Notes: generated by a model from the sequence alone, not told the origin. Positions 29,677 through 45,095 are shown, numbered from the stretch's first letter. The stretch: 64,000 nt of DNA from Eledone cirrhosa (GCA_964016885.1 OZ024748.1:13764001-13828000), one strand, 5' to 3'. Numbers and translations: made by a program.

Positions 29677-29756
<80 letters not shown>

Positions 29757-29759
29757 ATC

Positions 29760-29793
<34 letters not shown>

Positions 29794-29826
29794 TCATGTA
29801 TGTATATATATATATATGTATTCGTG

Positions 29827-29864
<38 letters not shown>

Positions 29865-30314
29865 CAACCACATTCGCAATCAAACAAACACACACACACT
29901 CACACAAGCAGACAATTACTATACATGTATACACAACCATACATGTATACATACCTCCCATAACACACACACACACAAGGACTGGTGGTAAATGAATTTC
30001 GAAAGATAAAAAATAATTGAAAGAAGGCTTGTGTAGACGTATACACAGATGGTGGCCGGGAGGGAATCTAAGCTGTGGTTCTACAGCAAACTATCCATAG
30101 CAGCACTTTAGACATAGAAGGCATTAGGCATTAGGGGATTTAAAACCTATTATTAATATTTTTTATATTTATTATTGTTATTATTATCATTATTATTTTT
30201 GTTATTATTCCTTCTTAGGTTTGTACGATTTTCTACATCACCTGTTGCAACTTTATTATTTGATAAGCGTGTCCAAACCTTTATTATTAACACCACAACC
30301 ACTACCGGTAATAT

Positions 30315-30383
<69 letters not shown>

Positions 30384-30424
30384 AACAATTGCTAATACTA
30401 CTACTACTACTCTTTCACATTTAT

Positions 30425-30458
<34 letters not shown>

Positions 30459-31067
30459 TTTCATTTTTGTTTTTTTTTGTTAGTGCCATTATAATTATTA
30501 TTATTGAATAATAACTGGGAGGAGGAGGAGCAGAATAATGACTATTATAATTATTAATATTATTGTTAATATTATTTATATAGTTATTGGTACTTTAACA
30601 TTGTGATTTTCATTATCATTATTATATTAATTCTATCATAATCGAATTCATTTTTGTTATTTATATTGTTAATATTCAATATTTATTATTCATTGTTATT
30701 ATTATTTTTATTATTATCACTATTGTAATTAGTATTAATATTAATATTAATATTAATATAATTAGTATTATTACTATTATAAGTATTTTTGTTCATTGTT
30801 TACATTGTTATATTTTTTTGTTTTTTGTTATGTTGTAAGCATTCCTTCAAGGTGGATTTTTTGTTGTAGTTGTTATAGTTGTTATTAATGGTAATATTAT
30901 TAAAGTTTACATAATTAAGCACACATCTTGGAATTATGTACAAGGAATCTTCGAAATTGAGGTAAGATTATTCTAAAATATTATTTTATATTGCTAACCT
31001 ACACATATGTATGCACAACACACACACATATACATACAGAAGCACGCATATATATATATATGTATGA

Positions 31068-31117
<50 letters not shown>

Positions 31118-31121
<4 letters not shown>

Positions 31122-31242
31122 AAGTGTGACCCCGACGGCAGAGCTAAAGCCGTTTCGACGGCTATTTCCACTCTACTACACTAAGTATTGAGTACTCTGG
31201 TGTGTTATGGTCCATCTGGTTCCTTACCACAATTCCTTTGTT
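31118..31242 (+). mobile_element. Family H element, internally deleted
   Basis: The inverted arm is joined directly to ccactctac through the ctattt microhomology. Confidence 0.82.
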
Positions 31243-31263
31243 ATATATATATCTATCTATCTA

Positions 31264-31368
<105 letters not shown>

Positions 31369-31804
31369 TTGTGTAAGTAGGTATGTTTACATGTTGCATG
31401 TATGTTTGCATGTACAGATGTATATATATATCAGTGATTTCTGTTATGTATGGATGATGTATGTATCATTTTCGGTATTAAGAAAAAAATTCTCTTGCGA
31501 TTTGTGATTTAAATATTTTGATTGTCGTTTCTACACACACACAAACACACACACACAAACACACACACACACACGAACATACCCACACACACACACATAT
31601 ATATATGCATATATATATATGCACATATCTATATGTACATATATATATATATATACAAATATATTACACAAATAGAAGTGTGTTACACAGTGAAATGTGT
31701 GTAAAGGATTATTACAAGTGATTTTTACCGTTACTGTATACAAAACAATATCTGCAAGGTTTTGCAATTAAATAGAAAAAAACCTTACTGTGAACTCCGA
31801 TCCT

Positions 31805-31864
<60 letters not shown>

Positions 31865-31970
31865 ATAATAATAAATGTGAAGACTAAAATCCAAAGAGGG
31901 CTCGATAAGGATAAATATATATCAAATATATAAGAATCCTAGAGCAAATATTTATCTGTTATTTTAATAA

Positions 31971-32010
<40 letters not shown>

Positions 32011-33235
32011 TTATAAGTATATACAGACTTATTATAACTTAAATATATATGTATGTATAACTATATATATATGTGTGTATGATTGAATATATGTGCTTGT
32101 ATACCTTCATATTTATATTCCTATATACTACAATACTAATGAAATTTTCAAAGCCAACATAATCTAGAATTTATGTTAACTGTATTTACAGTATGTTATA
32201 TACCTTTTGTTTAGATATCTCAGTGTGTTACCGTAACTTTCCTAAATGTGTTACCTGTTTCTTCGTAATATAAGACATAATCTTATTACTGTGAGAAACA
32301 TGTTTTGAGAATATTTTGATATACACCTAGACTTAAGCCCGGGTTACGCATTCATATATTATTTAATGATTACTTTCGTATCTTCGTTGTAAGAATTGTT
32401 AGCAGATTTTGACGTCGAAATTTGAGGACAGGAATTAGGCCTTGTACGCCAGAATTAATGTTAACTTACGTACTGTAAAATTGTGTACTAGTTATACACG
32501 GTGATGTTTTTAAACAAGCATTGTTTGCCTACTTCTATCCTACATTAGTCATCCACTTTGTGATTAGACAATAACTTGTTGTGGTTAATATTAATATATA
32601 TTCTTAATTAAGTTGGAGGATTTGCAGAATCTTTAGAGGGTCGGACAAAGTATCTAGTGGTACATTTCTCCAGACCTACTTCTTTTATTGCTCTGGACAT
32701 GACTAACTTGTGTCTCCTGGAATGTTATGATGTTGATGGGCGCTGAACATGTTACAGATTTGCCAGGGAGCCATCGCTACACAACGCGTGTCTTGCGCTA
32801 TCATTTAAACCTCCGGAACCCAATCTTCTCTTGACTATTAAGATCCCATCAGTGTAATTGGAACGCCTTTAATATTCTGCGATATTAACGATTGAATTGA
32901 TAAATAAGGCTCTAGTAATATATATATACGGTTTATTGTTTAGACCAGATATCACTCAAATTATTTTCTCACTGAACCAATACATATATATATTTCAAAA
33001 GCTGCAGAATTTATGCCTGTATTATACTATCAGCCCTCAAACCCCTGTTCTTAATACCGCATTACATGAAATATATGGATTGATATATAATATACAATAT
33101 TTTATAATTTTGCTAATATGCGTTTTATTTCGTGGTACCCTGAATTCATTTTACGTAAATCTGTGGTAAATTGGAACTTATTTGAGGAAGCACTAGTCTA
33201 CATCATGAAAAGATATTTTGTACGAAAACTTGTGT

Positions 33236-33558
33236 TATATAAACTAAGTGTATATTATATAAATTCAGTGTAGATTATGTAATTTCACTTCATATCATAT
33301 AAGTTCCGTGCATATTGCATAAACTCGGAGCATATTATATACTATCAGGGCATATTATATAAACTCGGGCCATATTATATACAATGGGTGCATCTCGTTT
33401 AAACCTGGTGTATATTACATAAACTCGCGGCATATTATGTACAATCGGTGTATATTATATAAACACGATGTATATTATATACAATCAGGGTATACATATA
33501 ATCTCGGTGTATATTATAGAAAACTCAATGTACATTATGTAAAGTTCGTGTATATTAT
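33236..33558. repeat. Degenerate 20-bp minisatellite, ~16 units
   Basis: Consensus ~TATATAAACTCGGTGTATAT in 20-bp register. Confidence 0.85.
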
Positions 33559-34399
33559 CTTTGTGATGATTCAAAGAGAAATTGTGAAACTTTGTTTACA
33601 TGGTGCTTGCATATAATTTAAACGATTATACACTTTATATTGCACCAGTATCATGTAAAGCGTCTATTATTGGTTCTAACATTTAATTTACAGATTAGAT
33701 CCCTTGGGTCATTTTTTTATAATTTGTTATGTCATATTCTCTTTTAATCACAGTTATTTTCATACTGTAAACATAATGTCTTTCCTTATAGGAATGAATC
33801 CTTTTCTAAACTGATAATTCAACATTCATACTGAAAAGTTCCATGGTAATGTTAGATGTTTATATATGATTCAAAACAAAAGATAAAGTTGAATAACATA
33901 TTAAGACCAGTAGAAAGAGGGGGCACAGAAAATAATAGATAACCAATTAAGCAGGTGCCAAAATGTGTGACGAAAGAACTTTGACGATCTAATGATTAAC
34001 TAGTAATACAGATGACGTGAAAAAGTGCATATCATATAGTGCGTCTGTTTCGTTTTATTGACTATACTGTCAATATGAACATCCCAAATATGAAACAAAA
34101 TTTATATATTTTGATATTTACATATGGCAGCATAATAGGTTTAAATATATCTCATCTAATCTAATCCGAGTTTACACTCGCAAATAAGAAGAACCAGGAC
34201 CGCCCCTAGGAGCATTGGATTTGGTGTACTTCATATTTGTTTCGGTTGCTGAATACAATCAGGGGTCGCTGCTTCTCCTGAAGGTCAATAGTTCTCTTCT
34301 AACTCGAGCGAGAGCGCCTTTCCATCGTCAATTTGCATTGATCATCTGCAAAGCCACATTGTTCTCAGAACCACTACACTAGTCTTTCGATGGAATTAC

Positions 34400-34564
34400 T
34401 GCCACCCATTGATTTGGCAGGATCGCAACTCAGCTAAATAAACTGGAACAACGTGAAATAAAGTGTCTTGCTCAAGGACACAACACATCACCCGGTCCGA
34501 GAATCGAACTCACAACCTTTCGATTAGAAGCCCAATGCTCTAACCAGTAAGCCATGCGTCTTCA
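34400..34564 (-). mobile_element. Older tRNA-derived CORE-like SINE
   Basis: gtgaaataaagtgtcttgctcaaggacacaac...gaatcgaactcacaacc...ctctaaccagtaagcca is the reverse of A box, B box and a CORE-like segment; related copies at ~34920-35050 and ~55533-55668. Confidence 0.75.
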
Positions 34565-35460
34565 TTATGCCATGCTCCTTCACTAGTGACGAAAACATAG
34601 ATATTGGTAAATAGACGTAAAGTTTTCTGTTCTATTTGCTATTTAAATCTGAACCCAATATTTTGACCTAATTTTTCTCAGAAGGTATATGTGGAACTAT
34701 ATTTATATCTTATATTGAACGTCCAACACTTCTGACAACCAATGTTCGACTTGTTTGATGAACGGAACAACCAGTTGTTGAAATAATCGTGCAGGTAATT
34801 GAGCATTCCACAGAACGACAGGTTCACAGACCTCATTCGTTTACCGTGTAGGTTGAGACACGACAAATCCAACCAAGGATTAATGTTTCATTGGTCTTTC
34901 CATTGTTGATTCTATCTAACGATCGCAACTCCTATCAGAAAGAGCAACGGAGAAATAATGTGTATTGGTCAAGTACATAACGTATCGTCCGAAGCGAGAT
35001 TCGAACTCGCAACCTCATGATTGTGAATCCAATGTCTAACCACTAAGCCACTGAGTCATGTACCTTTCACAGATACGTGCAGACTTAACATAATTTTCAA
35101 TGAGATTAAGCATAATTTTTTCTGGGAAGACTATTGTATTGCAAATACAGTTGCAGGCACTTGAGCAACAGTACAAAAAGTATCATGCCCTTGAACAAAA
35201 CACTTTACCGGGAATTGAACTCATGAACAACGAGCACATCTTGTAATTCGAATGCCATCCTTGTCACAGACAGTGTCAGATTGAATAGTTCTGAAAATTG
35301 CGTTAAATGTAGACGTTCCTGTATAATGTTAAAAAAATGGCACATTACCTTTATTAGCATAATATTCCGTTCAAACAACTGGAGCACTCATCGTCGTAAA
35401 CGACGAAGTTTCATCGCACACGCTTAATCACACACATGCACTCACACATATATCTATCTA

Positions 35461-35516
<56 letters not shown>

Positions 35517-35646
35517 CAAACACACACATATATATATTTATATAGGGAGTGTAACGAAGTGACTGTAGGTTCACCCAGGTGAGCACTCGATAAACGTAAT
35601 GAAGGCTTAACAAATCGTCCTTGTATTATTATTATTATTATTATTA

Positions 35647-35976
<330 letters not shown>

Positions 35977-37427
35977 GAGAGAGAAGGAAAGAAAGTGAGG
36001 GAGATTGATAGATATAATACATACATATATACACACACACACACATATATATATATGTATATATATATATACAGAGAGAGAGAGAGAAAGAGAGAGAGAG
36101 GAGAGAGAGGGGGGACTGACTGATAGATAGATAGATATATATATAGATAGATAGATAGTTATATTCTCACCTTTACTCATCATTCGTCACGAATATGATA
36201 CAAATTGCTTAGATCTCTTCTATCATTGACTTACTTTGTGTATAAGAATTTGAATACCGTGTACTTATTCTCATCAAAACCTTTTGACTATTATTTTCAT
36301 TCTCTGCAAAATATTTTCTAACCATATTCATAACACTTTATTTTGTTAGAGGTGTTGTGTTATATAGTCTAATATATATCTACTTCTTCATATTTTTCAC
36401 CATTATTGTTTGTTCGTGAATTTTCAGGTATATGGAAGGTTTCATCGTCTGTTTTCTTGAAATATTTTTTTGTAATTATTACATAAGCTTTTCTGTTTTA
36501 TCTTTTTACGTTCTTCTATTATTCTTTTTGTCTTTGTTAACAGGTGTCTAATAATCATTTTCCTTTCCCAATATATTATATTTCTTATTTCTATTGATTT
36601 CGAATTCAATACCTTCGAGAGTGTTTTGTGTCATTATATAATCATAGAACATTATTCTACACAGGTTATCAATCTAGTCGCCATTTTCAGATTAAATTAT
36701 TTTTTATCAATGCTTAAAACCCACGATTGCTACGTTAAAATCTACAAACTATAGCATTTTATCCAATATATTTACAGTTGATATGTCGGTCTTTTCCTTT
36801 CACATTATTTAAATATGCACGAGAAACAGACTGAAAGATGCTACATAGCTTTCCCTCTAGCTTTTCGACCACGCGTTACAAAAAGTAAACTTCCTCAAAT
36901 TGCAACTACTCTCATAAAAATCGAAAAATTCGGATACCTTCTATTTGAAAGCTTATTGAAATGGCCTCATATCAAATTTGTAAGGGCGTAGGGCATCTGG
37001 ATTAGATCAGAGGAAAGTTGAACAACATCAATGTTATATGCATTTTTTGTATTAGGTTGTACACAAACGAATGTAGGTATACACAATATATTCCTAATCA
37101 AAATATATAAATTGTCTAGCCATTTAACATACGATTATATACAAGAGACTGAACATGTACACCCTATGTATCATATGAAAATATATATTTCCTGCCTCTT
37201 AGTATAACGTGTGATCGCTTAAGATTACACTCAAAACACTTTATGTATACACAGTATTTTTCTAGTGAAAATCTTTAGCGTTCCTCTCTTCATAATATAT
37301 GATCCACGTGATAAAATATGAAGAGCTTAACTTAACTTCATGACTATTGATCGAAGTTCTCTGTCTGGTTCACTATCTACAATATGTATCTCTCGTCTTC
37401 TCTCTATCTTTCTTGCTATCTTCCACA

Positions 37428-37458
<31 letters not shown>

Positions 37459-37460
37459 CG

Positions 37461-37553
<93 letters not shown>

Positions 37554-37566
37554 TATATATATATAT

Positions 37567-37619
<53 letters not shown>

Positions 37620-37654
37620 TATATATATATATTATATATATTATATATATATAT

Positions 37655-37727
<73 letters not shown>

Positions 37728-38029
37728 ATATATATATACATATATCCCCATCACTCGCCTTTTTAGTACGTTTTAACAGTCAAAAAGACAAGTTGTGTCT
37801 ATCAACTAAAATGGCTGACGGCAATATTCATTTAGTCTAGTTGACATTTTCTATGGGAAACGTTATCAATCAATTCACATACTGTTTTATTTTTAACTTT
37901 TACATGTAGTAATGACATTTTCCAATTATAGACCAAATAACAAGAACAGCAAGAACAACAATAACAATAATAATTATTATTATAGCAATAATAATAATAA
38001 TAATAAGTGAAATACATTTCTGAACTGTG

Positions 38030-38530
38030 TCTTGTTAACCACAGTGCGGGAAAGTTTAAATAGAATGTAAACGAACTAAAAGAACTGGTTAGAACAAGGA
38101 AATGAAGGACTGCCTAGAGTATATTTTTGCAAGAAGGGTGATGTTGATAGTCTTTACTGAAGGTAAGAGATGTTTTATCAGCCTGGAGGACTGTGTTCGG
38201 ATGGAGAAGAAAGGTTTACATAAATATATGTCTGCGAGTAACGAGCCAATATTTAAGGCTGTATTGAAGGAGGAGATAATAGACCGGGTGATGTCCAAGA
38301 AAGAAGTAACGGCAAAGAGGAAGGATAATCTGAATGAAAAAGCCCTTCGTAGCATCTTCTTGAAAAAAAAACAACACAGATTTTTGAGATTCCCAGACAT
38401 GGGACTGGTTAAAAAAGAAGACCTTAAGAAAGTTACACATGTAATGCTACTGGTTGCACGGGAGCAAGCCCTTAGAAGGAAGTGAATTAAACAGCATATT
38501 TACAAGGAGACTAGTCATAGGAGTACTAGG
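38030..38530 (+). mobile_element. Decayed R4/Dong-like non-LTR retrotransposon fragment (post-RT region)
   Basis: EGKRCFISLEDCVRMEKKGLHKYMSASNEP...VKKEDLKKVTHVMLLVAREQALR resembles the R4/Dong pattern EGGRGLISxEDCV...WLKKGDLKKETExxIxAAQEQALRT; frameshifted; adjacent to a (TAA)n tract. Confidence 0.72.
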
Positions 38531-38696
38531 TATTAACTCAAAGAGTTACCAAGACTGGCAATGGAACATTAGCCCCCGCCCCTCTTTTGGAACACTTCAA
38601 AGGCATGTCTACAGGGAACATGAAGGAGTAGCTTGAATTTGGTCAAATTTTCCGGTTAAATAACATCAATGACTGAGATATTAAATTCATAATAAT

Positions 38697-39118
38697 AATT
38701 GTTTCTATCATACGTAAAGGGCCAGAAATTTGGAGGGAGAGGAATGTCGATTAAATCGACCCCAGTGTGTGACTGGTACTTTATTTTATCGACCTCGTAA
38801 GGATGAAAGGCAAAGTTAACCTCGGCGGGATTTGAACTCAGATTATAAAGGGGCGTAACTCTATGCTGCAAAGCATGACGTCCGACCCTCTACCGATACT
38901 GCCAATCCACAAATAATAATAAACATTATTATTGTTATTGGCAGTATCGGTAGAGAGTCGGACGCCATGCTTTGAAGCATAGAGTTACGTCCCTTTATGA
39001 TCTGAGTTCAAATCCCGCCGAGGTCAACTTTGCCTTTCATCCTTACGGGGTAGATAAAATAAAGTACCAGTAATGCACTGGGTAATTGCTGGCCTTGTGC
39101 CAAAGAGTAGAAACTATT
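38697..39118. mobile_element. Head-to-head inverted SINE pair
   Basis: Minus copy 38697-38910 and plus copy 38938-39118, about 28 bp apart. Confidence 0.9.
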
Positions 39119-39174
39119 ATTATTGTTATGAACAAGAGATGCTCTTTTAATTGTTATTATTATTATAAAGAAAA

Positions 39175-39222
<48 letters not shown>

Positions 39223-40234
39223 CATTATCATTAGTAGTATTATTATCATAATCATCATCATCAATCTTGTTTTCATCATCATTATTCTTTCATTTTCTCT
39301 TTCCAATTCTATTTATATGTTCATATATTTTCCTGTAGTGTGATGCGAAGAAATTAATTTTAAATTCAAGACCTGGGGGTAAAGCTATATATAAGTTATC
39401 CGAAACTTCTTGTTAATGTTTCGAAAATATGCCTGCTATACATCACCGAAAGACATTACGCCCGCCTCAACAGACACATTGAAGAGAGGAGTATGTGTCT
39501 AGTAATATGTATTTGTTTATTATGCACTTGTGTTAGATTACACACTTCCTTTCTTGGTATAGGTTGAGTGTGATTCATAGCATTTATGAGGTGAACTGCA
39601 TGTTTAGCTAATGTTAACATGGAAGTTCATTCGTAAGTTCTGTTCCAAACTGAAATTGTTTTTTGAATAATTCAACTTTTAATATGTAGCTCATAAAACT
39701 GTATTAGAAAGACATTCTTTAAAATTATAAAACAGCACTATGTTTACATGACAATACAGATTAAACTACTTATTTTAATTTACTACGAATTTTCACAAAG
39801 ATCTCTCTAGTAGTCAAGATAATAGAACCATTTGAATGTACAAACCCCATAAAACCACATAAACAAGACATTTTTGGACAGTACAAATCAGATTGAATCA
39901 CATTAAAACTTAAATTGTTACTCTAATATTGCAAATTTCCACAAACATCTGTTCAATAGTAAAGGTACTATAAACATTGGAATTAACGTAGTCATTGTCA
40001 GATATTCTCTGCTACACCATTACATGATGTAAAGAGTTAGTTGTTTAGTTATTTTTAACATGGAAATTTATTCATGAGAATATTCCAAACCAAAATGTGT
40101 GTTTCATTTTTGAATAATAATGATAATTTTAAGAAAGAAAGACGGTTTTGCTACTAAGAAGCTGTCATCTGAATATAAATATAAATATTTTCGCATACAA
40201 ACTTTAGAATTTTGTCCCAACTAACTACTTAAAT

Positions 40235-40396
40235 AATTGTTTCTACTTTCGGCACAAGGCCAGCAAATTACCCAGTGTATTACTGGTACTTTATTTTATC
40301 GACCCCGTAAGGATAAAAGGCAAAGTTAACCTCGGCGGGTTTTTTACTCAGAATGGCAAGGGCCGTAACTAAATGCATTCAAAGCATGGCGTCCGA
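40235..40396 (-). mobile_element. SINE, 5'-truncated
   Basis: Reverse complement of the consensus core and 3' end. Confidence 0.88.
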
Positions 40397-40497
40397 TTAA
40401 TACTCAGCGCTATGTAAAGTTTATTGAGAAAATGGTCGGTCCTGGTTTACAAACATTACGTTGGTCACTGGCAACGCGCGCTTTATATACATATATA

Positions 40498-40558
<61 letters not shown>

Positions 40559-41345
40559 TTATGTGAATGTTATATACATATATATATATATATCTGTGTG
40601 TGCGCGCGTGTGTGTGTGTTTGTGTGAATGTTATATATATATATAGATATATATATTATAGATAGATATCTTTCTTTATTTGCCACATGGGGCACACAAA
40701 CGGGACATTACAAGACCTGACGGCGGGGGTTTTACATAAAAATCATATAACTTTAACAATAAACTATATATAATAAAATAACAATTGAAATCCCCAATAG
40801 GGGGAACGGTACTGCAGGGTTGTTTTACACCCCGTGAGTAGAATAACCCTGAACACCAGGAACATATTCTGTAGGTGTTCTCGTCTTCCCTCTGTTTAAT
40901 AAATTAATAGATAGATAGATAGGTAGGTAGATCGATAGATAGATATATAGATAGATAATAGATAGGGAGATAGATAGATAGATAGATAGGTAGGTAGATC
41001 TATAGATAGATATATAGATAGATAATAGATAGAGAGATAGATAGATAGATAGGTAGATAGGTGAGTGTATGTGTGTGTCTCGTAAATGCTGCACAATTTG
41101 TTATAATATCTACGTGGCATATATCAGCGCACAGTTTTCTATTGAAGATCATAAAGTTAGTAATAGAAACTATTTGACAACGTATGTTGTTCATTGGAAT
41201 TCTTCACGTGCTGAATCTAATTAGTGTTGAACTAAGTCTACAGCTGTGACACACAATCGAGTATGACTTAGTATGTACACAGCCTCTACTATAGGTTTTA
41301 GCTTCCGATGCTCTCCGTAGCAGACACAGAAATCCTCTGGAGACA

Positions 41346-41594
41346 CCTAGGATCCAGTTAAAGATAACTTAATATGTAACAAGTTTCTGCTAAAGGGGGT
41401 TTGTTGCCCTAGGATCCAGTTAAAGATAACTTAATATGTAACAAGTTTCTGCTAAAGGGGGTTGTTGCCCTAGGATCCAGTTAAAGATAACTTTATATGT
41501 AACAAGTTTCTGCTAAAGGGGGTTTGTTGCCCTAGGATCCAGTTAAAGATAACTTAATATGTAACAAGTTTCTGCTAAAGGGGGTTTGTTGCCC
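41346..41594. repeat. Four near-identical 61-62-bp tandem units
   Basis: cctaggatccagttaaagataacttaatatgtaacaagtttctgctaaagggggtttgttgc starting at 41346, 41408, 41469 and 41531. Confidence 0.95.
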
Positions 41595-42941
41595 GTAGCT
41601 GACAGAGAAACCCTCTCCAGCCTCCACCTAAGATCCAACCAAACACACACTCAGTAGGGAGCAGCTGCATGGAGCAATGGAAAATCATGAATTGTAAAGA
41701 GATTGTCAGGAATATTCGACAGTGGTCACAATGATGATCTAACAGGTGTTCCCTAAAATAAATGTTTATTAGACTCTAGATATTCCTTCCCTTAACATAA
41801 TTTGGTTTATGTGTCGGACTTCCACCTGTTACGATGATGATCACTCCAATGATCTATTAAACGGAACTGCCGCCTAGTAATATTACTGTGCAAGTGCCTG
41901 AGCATACCAGAGGCACATGCATACTTGAATTAGTTTCCAGGAGGATTCATCGTGTCACAGTGTGTTACAAGGCTGACTGAATTATTATTAAAAGGCAAAA
42001 TCTTTACATTGTCAAAACCAGAAAATTATATGAAAATATGCAAGAAAATTTGCGTTCATTAATGGACAATATGCTTTGCAGTAGAATTACAGCTATTTAC
42101 GTTCTATGTTCAAATCTCGACAAGTTTAGCTTTGCCTTTCATCCTTATGGTTTAGATAAAATATAGTTCCTGTATCGGTCTAGTGTCGATTTAATTGACT
42201 TTCCTCTCCCTTCAAATTGCTGGTCTTGTGTCAAAAGTAGACGAAAGTTTTATAGCTACCCTTGAGAAAGAAGCTATGTTACACTGCCAAAGTTACACTG
42301 TCCTTAAAATATATGGTATTTATATTTTACATTGCTCTTGTAATGTCCTGTGGCAAGAAGGTATCTTTTCTAGCCTTCCATTAAAATATATTGCGTTCAT
42401 AATTCACATTCCTCTATTAATGTCTATGTAAAAAAAAAAAACGTTAGAGTAAAATAAAGTACTTCTTTCTACCGTTAAAATATATTGTATCTCGCCTACT
42501 CAGAGACGAATGAAAACATTCATCCATAAATAACAAGCGAAGAAGTGGAAAGAAGAGAAAATGATTGTATACTTATAGATAAATTCTTTAAGAATTTTCA
42601 CTATGAAGCTATCACTACTACCACAAAAGAAAAAGATGGTATTGTGTTTTTATGTATAAATTCTCACTAAGATTTTCATTATGAAACTATAGCTAATACC
42701 ACACCTATTCCTGGCTCACGATCAATTACATGCGTAGACATAATAGGAACAATCTATGAATGAACGAAGCGAGATTATATGACGTCAGACCTTTCTTAAA
42801 GTTATCAATGTTGTTAGTTAAGTCAAAGCAACTGTATTCAATACGGAAACAAATTTGTTTAACCGATTCTCTTCGCTATTAGCTTTGAATTTGTTCTGTA
42901 CAGTACGTCATATTACTACACGATTTAATTTCATATACATG

Positions 42942-42979
<38 letters not shown>

Positions 42980-43618
42980 GTGTATGGATATATCTGTAGA
43001 TATGTATACATACATATATACATATATATATATATAAGAATGATTTATAGAAAGGTGAACGTACTTGGAAGCTTCATTGATTTGATTAATCTTCAGTAGC
43101 AAACCATATTTCCGTAGATTCCTTACTCCTAATCACAGGAGACCTGCTACAATGTAATATCATGATTTCGCTAAAGTCAATCTATATTCTTATATTATTC
43201 CAGTACATCACCAAGAGAGTTGCTCGAGGAAATTATTACGACATCATTTGTTTGATTCTATCATATTATTTTCGTTATTACAACTACGAAGCATTCAATG
43301 TTAGATAGAGATGAAAAACAAAAATGCTTAGATATACACCATTATTGAGAAACCCATGGTATATACAGATATATGCAGATATAAAACATTGCGGCCACAT
43401 AAACGACATTATACAGACGACACTGTGGACTATATATGTTAAACAAAATGCGTAGATAAACGATATTACAGAGCAGTTAATAACAGCTACAAATTAAAAA
43501 CATGATGAAAATACTCAGATATACGGTAGTATGCTCCAATATGCAGTACTATTGAGTCGGCTATGGTATATATAATATACAACATTGCAACCATATATAC
43601 GGCATTATTAAGGAATCA

Positions 43619-43997
43619 GGGTGGTGAATTGGCAGTATCGGTAGAGGGTTGGACGCCTTGCTTTCTAGCATAGTTACGTCCCATTACGGTCTGAGTTCAA
43701 ATCCTATCGAGATTAAATTTGCCTTTCATCCTTACGGGGTCGATCAAATAGAGTACCAGTAATGCACTGGGGTAATTTCTGGCCTTGTGCCAAAAGTATA
43801 AACAATTATTAAGGAATCAGTATCGGTAGAGGGTCGGACGCCATGGTTTGTAGCATAAAGTTACGTCCCTTTACTGTCTAAGTTCAAATCCCGTTGAGGT
43901 TAACTTTGCCTTTCATCGTTACCGAGTCGATAAAATAAAGTACCCGTAATGCACTGGGGTAATTGCTGCCCTTGTGCCAAAAGTAGAAAAAATTATT
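43619..43997 (+). mobile_element. Two tandem SINE copies with a triplicated target motif
   Basis: attattaaggaa at ~43605, 43805 and 43992 flanks both copies. Confidence 0.9.
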
Positions 43998-44113
43998 AAG
44001 GAAATAATGTGGGATACAGATGTTTAACAAAATTGCTCAGCTATACGACAAGATGCTTCAGATATACAACACTATTGAGTAGTGAATGGTATCTACAGAT
44101 ATAAAACATAACA

Positions 44114-44355
44114 GAGGACAGAGAATAATGGAGAGTGACCGTCAAGACAGCTGCAGCCAGTATTGCGGAGGGCAGGAAGGCGGCGGCTGAAGATAAACAT
44201 CAAAGAAGAAAGCTGTCTGCCACCCACTTGCTTCAACTGTATCAGAGCCTGCAGGTCCAGAATTAGCCTCTGCAGCCACCTCAGGTTGTGACACCTCACG
44301 GAACAGGACAACAATTCTTCTCATTATTCTTCGCAAGCAAAGAATTCGCCATTCA
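44114..44355 (+). mobile_element. RTE-clade LINE 3' end remnant
   Basis: Translates as DRE*WRVTVKTAAASIAEGRKAAAEDKHQRRK and, after a frameshift, CIRACRSRISLCSHLR, like the C-terminal DRxxWR...CxRxCRSRIGLxSH motif of RTE ORFs. Confidence 0.72.
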
Positions 44356-44689
44356 ACATGACATATATATAAATAAATTAAATAAAAATGGTGTAGGCTT
44401 TACAATACAACGAGAGGAACATAAAAGTACCACTGGTGATGTCACAGATGTGTGACGAAAAAACATTGATTGACTATATATATATATATGTTTATAACTG
44501 TATTTTTAACCGTTGGTCAATCAAAGCTAAACATTGATTGCCAAATAAATTAATTATGGAGATATAAAAGATACAGAAGCGAAAACCAACCCAAACCAAA
44601 CAGTGAGTGTGTTCTGTTGTTATTTCTGGCAATATTATAACAATATGACCCTCCCCAAGTATAACAATATATATATATATATGTGTGTG

Positions 44690-44822
44690 TAAAAGGTAAA
44701 CAGATATAACAACACAATCGGTACAGTATATGGAAGGAATATATTAGGTTAACGCTTGAAATAGAAGGAAGGGGGTCTTAACGTTTTGGACGCTAGTCTT
44801 TCAAAAGAAGAAAAAATGAGAA
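44690..44822 (-). mobile_element. Family-E element abutting (TG)n
   Basis: taaaaggtaaacaga..taacaacacaatcggtacagtatatggaaggaatatattagg..aacgcttga also occurs at 48875 and 59521. Confidence 0.8.
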
Positions 44823-44839
44823 ATACGATGACAATATGT

Positions 44840-45095
44840 CATGTCTTCATTACGTTTATTGAGTAGTGATTGAGTAATGATGCGCGTTTCGCTATTGATC
44901 AGCTCAAGGTTAATGTGTATCGATCTAGCGCAACTCTGGAATGAAACGCTCATCGAACCTCTGTTATTATTACACTCATCGGACCTGATTATTATTACAC
45001 TCTGCTCTGTTTTACATGATGTTTTACTGATGGAAACTACGCATCGACGGCTCACTCTGGTGACCCTACAGTAAGTAACTAGTCGTTACATTCCC
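44840..45095 (-). mobile_element. Family-D element with degenerate hammerhead (44876-44959)
   Basis: Shares ttcattacgtttattg, gcgtttcgc..tgatcagctcaa and tgtatcgatctagc.caact with 26688-26790; the core reads TCGATGA...GAAA cgcgca TC. Confidence 0.6.

Noticed and set aside
33236-33558. CRISPR-like repeat/spacer appearance
   Set aside because: Period is only 20 bp, the variable parts are related to one another, the context is eukaryotic and there are no cas genes.
38102-38485. 127-aa ORF as a host gene
   Set aside because: Better explained as a frameshifted R4/Dong-like retrotransposon fragment.
41346-41594. CRISPR-like 62-bp periodicity
   Set aside because: Units are identical over their whole length, with no unique spacers.
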